Source: an uncultured delta proteobacterium (lineage in GTDB: Bacteria; Myxococcota; Kuafuiibacteriia; Kuafuiibacteriales; Kuafuiibacteriaceae). From it: a DNA stretch of 64,000 bases. The notes beneath the pieces were generated by a model. The model worked only from the letters and a program-made list of their open reading frames with translations. It did not search any database and was not told the DNA's origin. The translations under genes and the position numbers were made by a program. Shown in pieces: positions 8,662 to 18,866 of the stretch (positions are counted from its first letter, which is position 1; each line of letters starts with the position of its first letter). The stretch spans positions 96,001 to 160,000 of the forward strand of contig CAWDML010000009.1 of the NCBI GenBank assembly GCA_963803435.1, in the 5' to 3' direction.

Positions 8662-10842
8662 TCACTTCCGCTTCTTCTTGGTCTTGCCCGGCGCCTTGAG
8701 CCCGCGCGCCCGCAGGAGCGGCTCGACGCTGGGATCCCGCCCGCGGAACGCACGATAGAGCTCGGCCGCGTCCTTCGTGCCGCCCTTCGACAGGACCATC
8801 TCGCGGAAGCGCTGGCCGTTCTCCCGCGTCAGCCCACCGTGCTCGACGAACCAGTCGTAGGCGTCGTCGTCGAGCACCTCGCTCCACAGGTACGCGTAGT
8901 AGCCGGCCGCGTACCCGCCGTTCCAGATGTGCGCGAAGTAGCTGGTGCGGTAGCGGGGCGGCACCAGCGGATAGGCCACGCGAAAGCGCTCGAGCGCCTT
9001 CGCCTCGTAGGCGTCGACGTCCTCGGCGGGCGCCTCCGGAGGCAGCGTGTGCCACGCCAGGTCGAGCAGCGCGGCGGCGAGGTACTCGGTGGTCGCAAAG
9101 CCCTGGTCGAACGTGCGTGACTTCTGGATCTTCTCCACCAGCTCCGCCGGCATCGGCGCGCCGGTCTGATAGTGCTTGGCGTAGTTGGCGAGGACGGTCG
9201 GGTCCAGCGCCCAGTGCTCGTTGAACTGCGACGGGAACTCGACGAAGTCGCGCGGCACATTGGTGCCGGCCAGCGTCGGATACTTCACGTTCGAGAACAT
9301 GCCGTGCAGCGCGTGTCCGAACTCGTGGAACATGGTGGTCACGTCGTCGAAGCTGAGGAGCGCCGGCTGTCCCGGCGCGGGCTTCGTGAAGTTGCAGACG
9401 TTGAACACCACCGGCTTCGTCTCGAGGAGGCCGGCCTGATCCACGAAGCTGTCCATCCAGGCGCCGCCCGACTTGTTGTCGCGCTTGAAGTAGTCGCCAT
9501 ACCAGAGCGCCAGCGACTGGCCGTCGGCGTCGAAGACCTCGAACACGCGGACGTCGGGCTGGTAGACCGGGATGTCCTTGCGCTCCTTGAACGTGAGCCC
9601 GTAGAGACGCTCGGCCGCGAAGAACACGCCGTCCTTCAGCACGTGGTCGAGCTCGAAGTACGGCTTGATCTGGCCCTCGTCCAGCGCGTACTCGGCCTTG
9701 CGGACCTGCTCGGCGTAGTATTGCCAGTCCCAGGCCGCCAGCTGGAAACGGCCCTTCTGGCGCAGCACCAGCGCCTGCATCTTCTTCGCCTCTCCGTGCG
9801 CCTTCTCCAGCGCCGCCGGGACCATGTCGGTGAGCAGCTTCTCCGCGGTGGCGGGCGTCTTCGCCATCTGATCGTCGAGCACGTACGCCGCGTAGTCGGC
9901 AAAGCCGAGGAGCTTGGCCTTCTCGGCCCGAAGCTGTGCGAGCCGCGAGCAGATCGCCCGCGTGTCGTGGTCGTCGCCGTGCTCGGCCCGTCCCGTCGAG
10001 GCCTCGAACAATTGCTTCCGCAGCCCCCGATCCTTCAGCGTCACCTGGGCCGGCTGCTGCGTGGTGTTCTGCAGCGTCAGGACCCACTTGCCCTCGAGCT
10101 TGCGGCTCTGGGCGGCCGCGGCCGCGGCGGCGAGATCGGCCTCGCTGAGCCCCTCGAGCTGCGACTGGTCGTCGACCACGACCGCGGCGGCGTTGGTGGC
10201 GGCCAGCAGCTTCTCGTGGAACTGCGTGGTCAGCTTCGACTCCTCCTCGTTCAGCGCGCGCAGCCGCACCTTGTCGGGCTCGGGGAGCAGCGCGCCGGCG
10301 CGCGCGAAGTCGCGGTAGTAGCGCTCGACCAGCGCCTTCGACTCGGGGTCGAGATTCAGCTGGTCGCGCTGATCGTAGATCGCGCGCACCCGCGCGAAGA
10401 GCGCAGAGTTCAACAGGATCGCGTCGCGATGCGCGGTCAAGCGCGGCGCCTCCTCTGCCTCGACCTTCTGGAGCAGCTCGTCCGTGTTCGCCTGAGCGAG
10501 CGCAAAGAACACCTTGCTGGCGCGGTTCAGCAGCGTCCCGGAGCGCTCCATCGCGACGATCGTGTTGTCGAAGGTCGGCGGCTCGCTCTGGTTCGCGATC
10601 GTCTGGGCCTCCTCGAGCTGCCGCTTCATCCCCTCTTCGATCGCCGGCTGGTAGTCGCTCTCCTCGATCCGATCGAACGGGGGCGCTTGGAACGGGAGCG
10701 TGCTCGCGGTGAGGATCGGGTTGAGCCGTGCCGGCGGCGCCTTGGGTGGGGCCGCGGGCGGCGGCTGCTCGGGCTCGGGGGTGGCCGCGCCGGCGCAGGC
10801 ACCGAGCAGGAGACAGACGATGGGAGAGACGGATCGGGTCAT
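8662..10842 (-). CDS. dcp: M3 family peptidyl-dipeptidase Dcp, lipoprotein
   Basis: Lipobox LGAC. PFQAPPFDRI, WDW.YYAEQVR, KSGGAWM, HEFGHALH zinc motif, DFVEFPSQ and YAAGYYAYLW. Confidence 0.93.
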   Translation of the reverse strand: MTRSVSPIVCLLLGACAGAATPEPEQPPPAAPPKAPPARLNPILTASTLPFQAPPFDRIEESDYQPAIEEGMKRQLEEAQTIANQSEPPTFDNTIVAMERSGTLLNRASKVFFALAQANTDELLQKVEAEEAPRLTAHRDAILLNSALFARVRAIYDQRDQLNLDPESKALVERYYRDFARAGALLPEPDKVRLRALNEEESKLTTQFHEKLLAATNAAAVVVDDQSQLEGLSEADLAAAAAAAQSRKLEGKWVLTLQNTTQQPAQVTLKDRGLRKQLFEASTGRAEHGDDHDTRAICSRLAQLRAEKAKLLGFADYAAYVLDDQMAKTPATAEKLLTDMVPAALEKAHGEAKKMQALVLRQKGRFQLAAWDWQYYAEQVRKAEYALDEGQIKPYFELDHVLKDGVFFAAERLYGLTFKERKDIPVYQPDVRVFEVFDADGQSLALWYGDYFKRDNKSGGAWMDSFVDQAGLLETKPVVFNVCNFTKPAPGQPALLSFDDVTTMFHEFGHALHGMFSNVKYPTLAGTNVPRDFVEFPSQFNEHWALDPTVLANYAKHYQTGAPMPAELVEKIQKSRTFDQGFATTEYLAAALLDLAWHTLPPEAPAEDVDAYEAKALERFRVAYPLVPPRYRTSYFAHIWNGGYAAGYYAYLWSEVLDDDAYDWFVEHGGLTRENGQRFREMVLSKGGTKDAAELYRAFRGRDPSVEPLLRARGLKAPGKTKKKRK

Positions 10843-11168
10843 GTTGCTTTTCCTCGGAGTCGGAGAGGCGTGGAGATTGCCCACGGCGGGGGCCAGCCGT
10901 CACGCGGCAAGGCCGCTTGTCGCTTGAGATTTTGTCAACGAGGCGCCCACTCCCCAGCGCGCGGGTCGAGTGCGGGGTCGCGTCGCCGCTGTGCGGCATG
11001 ATCCATCCGATCATGCCCTTGGCCCGGCGCTTGCGAGTCCCGGCCCCCAACGAGCCCAGGCCCGAGGAGGCGCTGCTCCCGGTGGGTCTATAGGAGGCCT
11101 GTCGATGCTTCCTGGGCCCTGGGTTCGAATGTTGACCTCGGGCCGGGGATAACCCAGAACGTCGCCCG

Positions 11169-13229
11169 GTGAGGTTCCCATACTTTTTGCTCCTCACGGG
11201 GGCCGCGGGCTGCGCGGTTCCGATCCGCGCGTCGATGTCGCCGTCCGAGCTCATGGCGGCGGTCGAGGACGCGGAGGTGGCCCGCGACGGCCGCGCACCC
11301 GGGGTCGAGCGGGCGCTCGGCGCCCAGCAACGCGCGCTCCGGCTGGCCGCGCTGAGGGCGCTGGCACGCACCGAGGAGGTCGGCACTTCGTCGCTGGCGG
11401 CGCAGCTGCTCGGCGATCGCGACCCGGAGGTCGCCACCTGGGCCGCCTTCGCGCTGGGCCAGATCGCCGAGCCCGAGGGTGAGGCTGCGCTGCTCGCTGC
11501 GCTCGATGGCGTGTCGGCCGTCCCCGATCAGGTCCTCCTGGCCCTCGGGCGCTGCGGCACGACCACCACCGCCGCCGCGATCGCACCGCGCCTGTCGGAT
11601 CCATCCGCGAAGATCCGCGCGGCTGCGGCGCTGGCGTTGGGCTTGATCGCGAAGCGCGTGGGTGCGTCGTTCCCGCGGGAGCGCTTCGCGGTCCAGGTGG
11701 CGCCGCTGATCCGCGACCCGAAGCACAACGTTCGCTATGGCGCGGTGTACGCGCTCATGCGGATGCCGGGCCCGACCGCGGCGGTCTCGCTGATCTCGGC
11801 GCTCGGCGACTCCGATCCGGAGATCCGCGCCAACGCCGCCCGAGGTCTCGGCGAGGCGGGCGCGGCGCCGCAGGTCCTCGATCCCGTGATCGACGATCCC
11901 GACTGGCGCGTGCGCGCCGAGGTGGTGAAGGGCCTGGGCAAGAGCAAGCAGGACGCGCCCGCGGCGGCCGTGCGCTTGCTGGCGCTGATCGATCGCGAGT
12001 TCGCGCGGTTCAAGCGCGGCGGGCTGGGATCCGGGCGATCGATGCACGTGCTGCTCGAGATCGTGAACGCCGCGGACGCGCTCGGCGAGCCGGCCGAGCG
12101 GGTGGTGGCGGCGCTCGAGCAGGCCCCCTGGAACGTCGAGGGCCTTCCGAAGGACACCGCGCCCGACCTGGCCCGGCTGTCCTGCGCCGTGGCGTTCCTC
12201 CTCGACAAGCACGAGGGCGCGCCCCGTCGCGTCCGCAAGTGTGGAGAGCCGGCGGTGACGGCCGTGCCGGAGTGGCGGCGCCTCGAGTACGTCGCCAGGC
12301 TGCTCGCCGTGGACGGCAGCGAGCGCGCGGTGGCGGCGCTGGTGGCGCTCGCCGGCCATCAGGATCCGCGAGTCCGCGCCGCGGCCGTCTCGTCGCTCGG
12401 TGACGTGGAGCGGCCCGCCTCCGCGGCGGCGCTGGTCGGGCTCCTCGACTCGAACGATCCGTTCGTGCTCAGCGCCGCCGGCGAGATCCTGGGACGTCCG
12501 GCCTTCGCCGCCTTCCAGCCCGAGGGCCTGATCTCGCGGCTCGGAGGCGTGATCGACACGCTGGTGGCGCAGCCGGACGCCGGGCTGATCGTCGGTGTGC
12601 TCGACGCCGCCGGATCGCTGGGGAAGAGCGCAGCGCCGCTGTTGCCCCGGCTCGAGGCCCTCGCGAAGGATCCGCGCTCCGCGGTCCGTCGAAGAGCGGC
12701 TCGGGCTCGCCAGGCGATAACCGGCGTGGCGGTGCCGATCCCGTACGGCCCCACCACCTCACCCCTGCCGTACACGCTTCCGCCCCCGATCCACGCGCGC
12801 GTCCCGATCGTGATCCACACGGAGCGGGGCGACATCGAGCTCGAGCTCTTCGGCGACGTCGCGCCCCGGGCCGTGGGCACCGTTGTCGATCGGGCGTCGC
12901 GCGGTCTCTACAAGAACGGGACCTTCCACCGGGTGGTGTCCGACTTCGTGATCCAGGGCGGCGATCCACGCGGCGACGGCTGGGGCGGTCCCGGGTTCAC
13001 CGTACCGGAGGAGACCTCGCCGCTGCCCTACGTCCGCGGCGCCGTCGGCATCGCCTCCAACGGTCGCGACACCGGCGGATGTCAGTTCTTCATCATGCAC
13101 GCCCGCCATCCCCACCTGGAGGGTGGCTACAGCCTCATCGGCCGCGTGCTCTCCGGGATCGACGTGGTCGATGCGATCCAGGCGGACGATCCGATCATCG
13201 ACGTCGAGGTCAAAGGCGCCGTACGATGA
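11169..13229 (+). CDS. HEAT-repeat lipoprotein with a C-terminal cyclophilin-type peptidyl-prolyl isomerase
   Basis: AAGC lipobox and many HEAT repeats (D.D.EVR..AA..LG). FHRVVSDFVIQGGDPRGDGWGGPG and GRDTGGCQFFI...PHL.G.Y..IGRV. Confidence 0.9.
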   Translation: MRFPYFLLLTGAAGCAVPIRASMSPSELMAAVEDAEVARDGRAPGVERALGAQQRALRLAALRALARTEEVGTSSLAAQLLGDRDPEVATWAAFALGQIAEPEGEAALLAALDGVSAVPDQVLLALGRCGTTTTAAAIAPRLSDPSAKIRAAAALALGLIAKRVGASFPRERFAVQVAPLIRDPKHNVRYGAVYALMRMPGPTAAVSLISALGDSDPEIRANAARGLGEAGAAPQVLDPVIDDPDWRVRAEVVKGLGKSKQDAPAAAVRLLALIDREFARFKRGGLGSGRSMHVLLEIVNAADALGEPAERVVAALEQAPWNVEGLPKDTAPDLARLSCAVAFLLDKHEGAPRRVRKCGEPAVTAVPEWRRLEYVARLLAVDGSERAVAALVALAGHQDPRVRAAAVSSLGDVERPASAAALVGLLDSNDPFVLSAAGEILGRPAFAAFQPEGLISRLGGVIDTLVAQPDAGLIVGVLDAAGSLGKSAAPLLPRLEALAKDPRSAVRRRAARARQAITGVAVPIPYGPTTSPLPYTLPPPIHARVPIVIHTERGDIELELFGDVAPRAVGTVVDRASRGLYKNGTFHRVVSDFVIQGGDPRGDGWGGPGFTVPEETSPLPYVRGAVGIASNGRDTGGCQFFIMHARHPHLEGGYSLIGRVLSGIDVVDAIQADDPIIDVEVKGAVR

Positions 13230-14768
13230 ACGGCGTGGAGCTTTCGCCCACGCTGGTGTCGCGCCTCGGCGTGCTCGAGTCCTACGCACTCGATCCCGAG
13301 GTGACCGAGCTCCTGATCGCGGGCCCTCACAACGTCTGGGTGACGCGCGAAGGGAGAGCCGAGCGCCTCGAGGTCCGCCTCGAGGAGGGCGCGATCCGTT
13401 CGCTGGCCTCACGGCTGGTCCGCACGCTCGCGTCCCGGGAGAGCCGCGCCACGCGCACTGGGCTGGTCGCGCCCGAGCTCCACGTGAGCGTGGTGGGGAC
13501 GCCGCGCCAGGAGCGTTGCCCGGTGATCCGCTTCGTGCGCCGGCCGCTGCCCCGCCGCACGCTCAGCCAGCTGGCGGAGGAGGGCGTGCTCGATCGCGAC
13601 GCCGAGCTCCGCCTGCTCCAGGCCTGCCGCAACCGGCGCTCAATCGTGATCTCGGGACATCCGGGCTCGGGCCGGACCGACCTCCTCGCGGCGCTGGCCC
13701 GGGTGTGGAAGGAGGAGCGCCGCGTCGCGGTGCTCGAGCTGCCGGAGGGCCGGCTCGGCGCAGCGGACGTCGGTCATGTGACGCTCGCGCCCACCGTGGG
13801 GGCCGAGGGCGCTGCGCTGATCGGCGCCGACGTCATCGTCGCGGACGACGCCCCCGCCGGCCTTTGGTCGCAGCTGCTCGAATCTCGGGCGACCGTTCCT
13901 CGCCACGCTCGAGGCCTCCGACGCCCAGGGGGCCCTCGATCGGATCGTTGCTTTTTGTCTTCGAGAGCGCGCCGAGAGCTCCCACCTCGCCGGTATGGCC
14001 CTGGTGGAGTCGAGCGTCGGCCTGGTCGTCGAGATGGAGACCGCCCACGGGCGCGCGGCGCTGCGCGCCATCGCGGAGCCACAGCGGCTGAACGGACACC
14101 TCTCGGCGCGCCCGCTGATGCGGCCGCTGGCCGAGCTGGACGGTCCGCCGATGTCGCGCCTCCCTGATCTCCCCTCGAAGCCGGGAAGTGCCGCCTCCGA
14201 GCTGCGCTCGCTGGTGTCGGTGCCGAGCGAGCCGAGCGCCAGCTTTCCCGTCGAGGGGCTCGGCTTCGAGACCTCGGACATCTCGGAGATCCGGGCCGAG
14301 AGCTTGATGAGCGCCTCGTTCGTCGGGCGGCTCGCCGCGGATGTGTCGAAGCCGTTCGCCGATCCCGCCAAGGAGGTCGAGCCCCCCGAGGAGCGCGTCC
14401 CGACGCTGATCGGACGTGAGGAGAGCGGTGAGCTCGCCACCTCCGCCGGCCCCGAGCCCCGCCTCGGCGGCATGATCCCGGACCTCGGTGAGGACGAGAC
14501 CCATCCCCCGCCCGACGAGATGACGATGCACGCGGAAGCCGCCGAGATGACGCTCGAGCCCTTCGACGACCCGAGCTACGGCGACGACACCGAGAGCAAG
14601 CAGTTCAACGAGCAGACGCCGCACCTACCGTTCGAGGAGAAGAAGAAGGACTCGCTGACCGACGAGGAGATCGAAGGGATGCTGTCCGAGCTCGAGGACG
14701 TGGTCGATCTCGGAAGAAGCAACGAGGATGGATCCAAGGCCAAGCGCCGCACGCGCAAGGCGCGGTGA
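13226..14768 (+). CDS. Degenerate CpaF/TadA (VirB11-like) ATPase with an acidic disordered tail, frameshift near 13885
   Basis: DPEVTELLIAGPHNVWV.R.G N-terminus, IR(F)...TLSQL...G.L and Walker A-like ISGHPGSGRT. After the frameshift: FLATLEASDAQGALDRI...VGLVVEME...R..LRAIAE, joining the 13995..14768 frame. Confidence 0.7.
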
Positions 14769-14771
14769 CCC

Positions 14772-16175
14772 GTGCGCATCGTCTTGGCAATCATCGTTTG
14801 TGCCGCCGCCTGCAGCGACCCGGGCGGCGCGGACGTCGGCACGTTCGACTCCGGGATCCACGACGCCGAGGCCCGCGAGGCCGGCGCCACCGACGCCGAG
14901 CCCGACGCAGAGCCGGTCCTCGATGTCGGCGTGCGCGACGCCGGGAGCGCGGATGTCCCGCGCTTCGACGCCGGTGGCGGTGTGTCGTGCGAGGATGCGA
15001 TCGTCTGGCCCAGCCTCGATGCGCCGCTGATCGGCGACACCCGCGGCGCCCTCCATCACGAGCGCTTCGAGTGTGCCGGGCTGGGCGGCGGCGCGATCGC
15101 GCCCGAGCGTTGGGTCGAGGTTCGGTTCGATCAACCGACGCACGCGATCGTGCGGCTCGGGACCTTCGGGTGGGACGCGGTCATGGCGGTCCGCACCTCT
15201 ACCTGTGCCGCGTTGGGCGAGATCGCCTGTCTCGACGCGCCGACGATCGTCGAGCTGCCGGACGAGGACGGCCTCCTGTTCTTCGGCGTCGACGGCTTCA
15301 CCGACGGGCAGGGACCGTTCGTCCTGCTGGGAGAGGCAGGGCCGCCGTTGACCGTGCCGCCGACCGACGCGATCTGCGAGCTCGCGCCGGTGTTCGCGCT
15401 GCCCCTGAGGCGGATCGAGCACAACTTCGGCGCCGACCACGCCGCGGTGATCGACGGCTGTCCGCTGGAGGCGCCGGTCTTCGTCCCGATCGATCTCCAA
15501 GCGCCCGGCGAGCTGTCGCTGCGCGCCGATCCACAGGCCGGACAAGACGTCTCGATCGCCGTGCTCTCCGGCTGTGGAGAGACGCTGGCCTGCGCCGCGC
15601 AGGGTGGCGCCGGACACGCCGAGGTCCTGCGCCGGCTCTCGCTCCCGGCCGGCCGCGCGACGCTGGTGGTCGGCAGCCCGCCTGGCGCCCGCGAGGGCAG
15701 CGTGGCGATCAAGGCGTCGCTCAGCGCCGGGTGTGTCGAGGATGCCGACTGTCTGCTCGGGGAGCGTTGCCTCGACAACCTCACCTGTGGGGCGCTGGCA
15801 CCGGCGAACGCCGTGGCGGCCGACGTCGACATTCCCGACGACGGCCGGGTCGTCATCCCGCTCGACGTGTCCGCGGTCTCACCAAGCCGCCCGCCCTCGA
15901 GGGTGCGGCTCCGGCTCGCGATCGAGCACGAGTTTCCGCGGGATCTGGTCGTCACGCTCGCGTCACCCGGAGGTGGGCCCCGGGTCCGCCTGCGCGATCG
16001 GCTCGACGGGACGCTCGATTCGGTCTACGGCAAGGATCGTCCGGCCGACGGTCCGGGGACGATGTTCGACTTCGGGCTGGCGGCGACGGCGACCGGGACC
16101 TGGACCCTCGAGGTCGAGGATCGGGCTCCCGGCGACGTCGGTCGTGTGACCGGGGCCGTCCTCGAAGTGGAGTAG
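14772..16175 (+). CDS. Cys-containing lipoprotein with a C-terminal proprotein-convertase P-domain
   Basis: AAAC lipobox and DAG linkers. C-terminal IPD......L.IEH.F..DL.V.L.SPGG...L...G.WTL.V.D.A.GD.G. Confidence 0.8.
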   Translation: MRIVLAIIVCAAACSDPGGADVGTFDSGIHDAEAREAGATDAEPDAEPVLDVGVRDAGSADVPRFDAGGGVSCEDAIVWPSLDAPLIGDTRGALHHERFECAGLGGGAIAPERWVEVRFDQPTHAIVRLGTFGWDAVMAVRTSTCAALGEIACLDAPTIVELPDEDGLLFFGVDGFTDGQGPFVLLGEAGPPLTVPPTDAICELAPVFALPLRRIEHNFGADHAAVIDGCPLEAPVFVPIDLQAPGELSLRADPQAGQDVSIAVLSGCGETLACAAQGGAGHAEVLRRLSLPAGRATLVVGSPPGAREGSVAIKASLSAGCVEDADCLLGERCLDNLTCGALAPANAVAADVDIPDDGRVVIPLDVSAVSPSRPPSRVRLRLAIEHEFPRDLVVTLASPGGGPRVRLRDRLDGTLDSVYGKDRPADGPGTMFDFGLAATATGTWTLEVEDRAPGDVGRVTGAVLEVE

Positions 16176-16177
16176 GT

Positions 16178-16639
16178 GTGGCGTCGAGACCGAGGGACGT
16201 GGCGCACGAGCTGGCGCGGTTGATCCGCGGCGAGATCGACGTCCGCGACTTCCCCTGGCTCACCGACTCCGAGCGGCGGGCGCTGGGCGCGCTCGGGATG
16301 TCGATGCTGAAGGCCGGCAAGGCGGAGGTGGCCCGGGCTGCGTTCGGGGTGTTGATCGATCTCGAGCCGGATGTCGCCGTGCATCATCTGATGGTCGGGC
16401 ACGCGGCTGCGCTTGCCGACGACGTCCAGTGGGCGTTCGAGAGCTTCGGCCGGGCCATCCGTCTGGCGGCGCAGGACGAACGCAATCAGGAGGTCGCGAG
16501 CGAAGCCTTTCTGGCGCGCGGTGATCTCCTGCTCCGACTGGGACGGGTGGTCGAAGCGCGGGCCGACCTGGCGGACGCCGCCACGCGGATGCACGACCCG
16601 GTGCGTAAGAAGTCGCTGGAGACCTTCCTGGCCTCGTGA
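16178..16639 (+). CDS. Small TPR protein resembling SycD/LcrH class II type III secretion chaperones
   Basis: About 153 aa. G.I.V.D...LT..E..AL..LG..ML.AG....A...F.VL..LEP.....H..G pattern, three TPR-like repeats. Confidence 0.65.
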   Translation: MASRPRDVAHELARLIRGEIDVRDFPWLTDSERRALGALGMSMLKAGKAEVARAAFGVLIDLEPDVAVHHLMVGHAAALADDVQWAFESFGRAIRLAAQDERNQEVASEAFLARGDLLLRLGRVVEARADLADAATRMHDPVRKKSLETFLAS

Positions 16640-16675
16640 GCCGGGTCGAGGGTAGACTTCGAGGAGGAGCGTTCG

Positions 16676-17407
16676 GTGTCGACGAAGAAAACCGGGTTTG
16701 GGCCGGGGCCAATCGTTCCGCCCCAGACGCAAGGCGCGCAGAAGTCCCAGAAAGCACAGAACGTCCAGGCGCCGGTCGCACGCGGCATCGAGAACCTCAA
16801 GCAGGAGCTCCCGAAGAGCGGGTTGAAGGGGACGAGCAGCCCGCTCTCCGGGCTGATCGCCTCCGGGCTCGAAGCCCTGGCCCGCGCCGAAGGATGGGAA
16901 GGCCAGCAGAGCGCCCTCGGAGTGCTGGTCAACGCGATGATGCATGCGCAACCGAAGTCGGACACGCAGGCACCGCTGGCGCGCGTCGACTTCGAGTCGA
17001 TGCTCAAGAAGCTGGCCTCGACCGAGGAGGAGGCCGCCGAGGTCAAGGAAGACGCGGAGAAGCTGGCCGCGCTGGCGGCGCTGATCGTGAATCCAGATCA
17101 GGGACGTAAGAAGCAGCGGGGCAAGAAGCAGCCGCAGGACGAGGAAGACGAGGAGCCGCCGGACGAGCTCCAGCTCAAGCGCGACGTCGAAGAGGTCCGC
17201 GACGCCGTGAAGACCGTGCTCTCCGATCCCAGCGAGGAGCGCGAGGTCCACGTCGAGTCGCTGATCGAGAACCTCGGCTGGGTGGCGAATCAGCTGGGCC
17301 GTGTGGACTGGCAGAACTCGTCCGTGGTCCGTATCGACGGCTTCGTGGGAATGATGAAGATCGTCGTCAAGTACGTGCGAAAAGGCCGCCAATCCGAGAG
17401 CGCTTGA
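16676..17407 (+). CDS. Hypothetical helical protein with a low-complexity N-terminus
   Basis: GTG start preceded by GAGGAG. S/P/Q/K-rich N-terminus, coiled-coil-like middle, no Sec signal. Confidence 0.7.
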   Translation: MSTKKTGFGPGPIVPPQTQGAQKSQKAQNVQAPVARGIENLKQELPKSGLKGTSSPLSGLIASGLEALARAEGWEGQQSALGVLVNAMMHAQPKSDTQAPLARVDFESMLKKLASTEEEAAEVKEDAEKLAALAALIVNPDQGRKKQRGKKQPQDEEDEEPPDELQLKRDVEEVRDAVKTVLSDPSEEREVHVESLIENLGWVANQLGRVDWQNSSVVRIDGFVGMMKIVVKYVRKGRQSESA

Positions 17408-17528
17408 ACGCCCTCACGTGCCTGCGGTCACGATGCGCCCGATCGCGTGCCCGCGCCGTCCATAGACATTGACGTCCCCTCCGTCTGGTGGTGGTGTCTC
17501 GTTCCCCGAAGGGAGGCCCCGAAAAGTC

Positions 17529-18866
17529 ATGATGCGCTCGCTCAAAGGCCTGTTGCTCCTCGGCGCCGTCGGTGTTCTCGCACCGGCGTGCACCAATCCC
17601 ACCGTCGATCCGAACGCGACCTTCACCGCCAAGGGTGTCGTCGTCGATGAGACCGGTGCTCCGCTCGTCGACGCGGAGGTCCGGCTGATCAAGTACTGGA
17701 GCGACCTCAACGTCTTCCAGCCCAACGTCGAGACCCTGTTCGCCGACAATCCGAACGGCGACAGCGCGGTCGGCCTGGGCGTCGCGGTGGTCGACACGGC
17801 CCGCACCAACTCCGAAGGCGAGTACTCCTTCGAGTTCCTCGGGGACGACATCCGGAAGCCCGGCGGCGTCACGACCGCCACGGGCGAGGTCGAGGTCGCC
17901 GACGTCGTGGTGGTGGTGCGCGATCCGCTGGACACCACCAGGCAGTCCGGCGTGTACACCTACCACTACCTCTTCCAGCCGGCGGCCAAGGTCTGGGACG
18001 CCGGCGAGCTCGGTCTCTGGGACTCGCAGGCCGAGGCCGACTCCTCCGACGCGCTCACCTCCGGCCTGGTCAAGCTCTCCTGGTCGAAGCTCGAGCGCTC
18101 CAGCAGCACGATGGTCCGCAACGCCTACCGCGTCTGGGTGGAGCCGGCGAACGAGCCCGGACCGCGCCTGATCATCTACTGCAACCAGGGCGACGAGGTG
18201 GAGGGCGGCTGCGCCCAGGACACCGAGGACTCGAGCAAGCTCGCGCGGTACCTCTCGGCGTTCTACATCGAGCAGTACTACACCGACAGCGACCGGCAGT
18301 TCGCCGCGTTCGTCCAGGGCAACAGTCCGGACTTCCGCTTCGTCAGCCGCTTCGTCGTCATCGATCCGCTCCCGGACCTCACCGACTACCGTGACCCGCT
18401 GCCCGGCTTCGAGGTCTACGCGGTCAACACCGAGACCATGGAGAGCCAGGATCTCACCGACTCCGCCGCCACCGACGGCGACGCCATGACCCGTGAGACC
18501 ATCACGATCGGCAACGCCGACGCCCTCTACGTGAAGCTCGTCCAGAACAACTCGGCGCCCGTCATCAGCGACGCCGGCATCCTGAACTCTCTGGTCCGCA
18601 ACGCCCGTAACGGGTGCATCACCCTCGAGTTCACCGTCCGCTTCCCCACCGACCTCGACGGCGCCGTCGCGGTGGCACCCGCGGACTGGACGCAAAAGGG
18701 CAAGTTCTGCGGCGAGAACGGCGCTGCCGACGAGATGTCGGCCATCGCCAGCTTCGACACCACCTCGGAGTCCGGCGTCGCGGCCGGCTGGATGCGCGTC
18801 ACTGCCGACACCGGTCTCACGTTCGACGCCGTGGGTGAAGTCGCGATCTACCAGCTCGCGCGCTAG
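17529..18866 (+). CDS. Lipoprotein with an N-terminal carboxypeptidase-regulatory/transthyretin-like beta domain
   Basis: MMRSLKGLLLLGAVGVLAPAC lipobox, G.VVD.TG.PL.DAEV.L and strong GC3 codon bias. Confidence 0.8.
   Translation: MMRSLKGLLLLGAVGVLAPACTNPTVDPNATFTAKGVVVDETGAPLVDAEVRLIKYWSDLNVFQPNVETLFADNPNGDSAVGLGVAVVDTARTNSEGEYSFEFLGDDIRKPGGVTTATGEVEVADVVVVVRDPLDTTRQSGVYTYHYLFQPAAKVWDAGELGLWDSQAEADSSDALTSGLVKLSWSKLERSSSTMVRNAYRVWVEPANEPGPRLIIYCNQGDEVEGGCAQDTEDSSKLARYLSAFYIEQYYTDSDRQFAAFVQGNSPDFRFVSRFVVIDPLPDLTDYRDPLPGFEVYAVNTETMESQDLTDSAATDGDAMTRETITIGNADALYVKLVQNNSAPVISDAGILNSLVRNARNGCITLEFTVRFPTDLDGAVAVAPADWTQKGKFCGENGAADEMSAIASFDTTSESGVAAGWMRVTADTGLTFDAVGEVAIYQLAR

Noticed and set aside
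11121-11130. GGGTTCGAAT tRNA T-loop-like motif
   Set aside because: It has no complementary T-stem, acceptor stem or cloverleaf.
8276-11437. Very long alternative-frame ORFs (e.g. 8276..11437, 28498..31341, 32900..36343, 50879..54823, 57347..60082)
   Set aside because: These are Arg/Ala/Gly-rich shadow ORFs caused by high GC3 bias and overlap well-supported genes. Only the 3' part of 50879..54823 (the PKD protein) is real.
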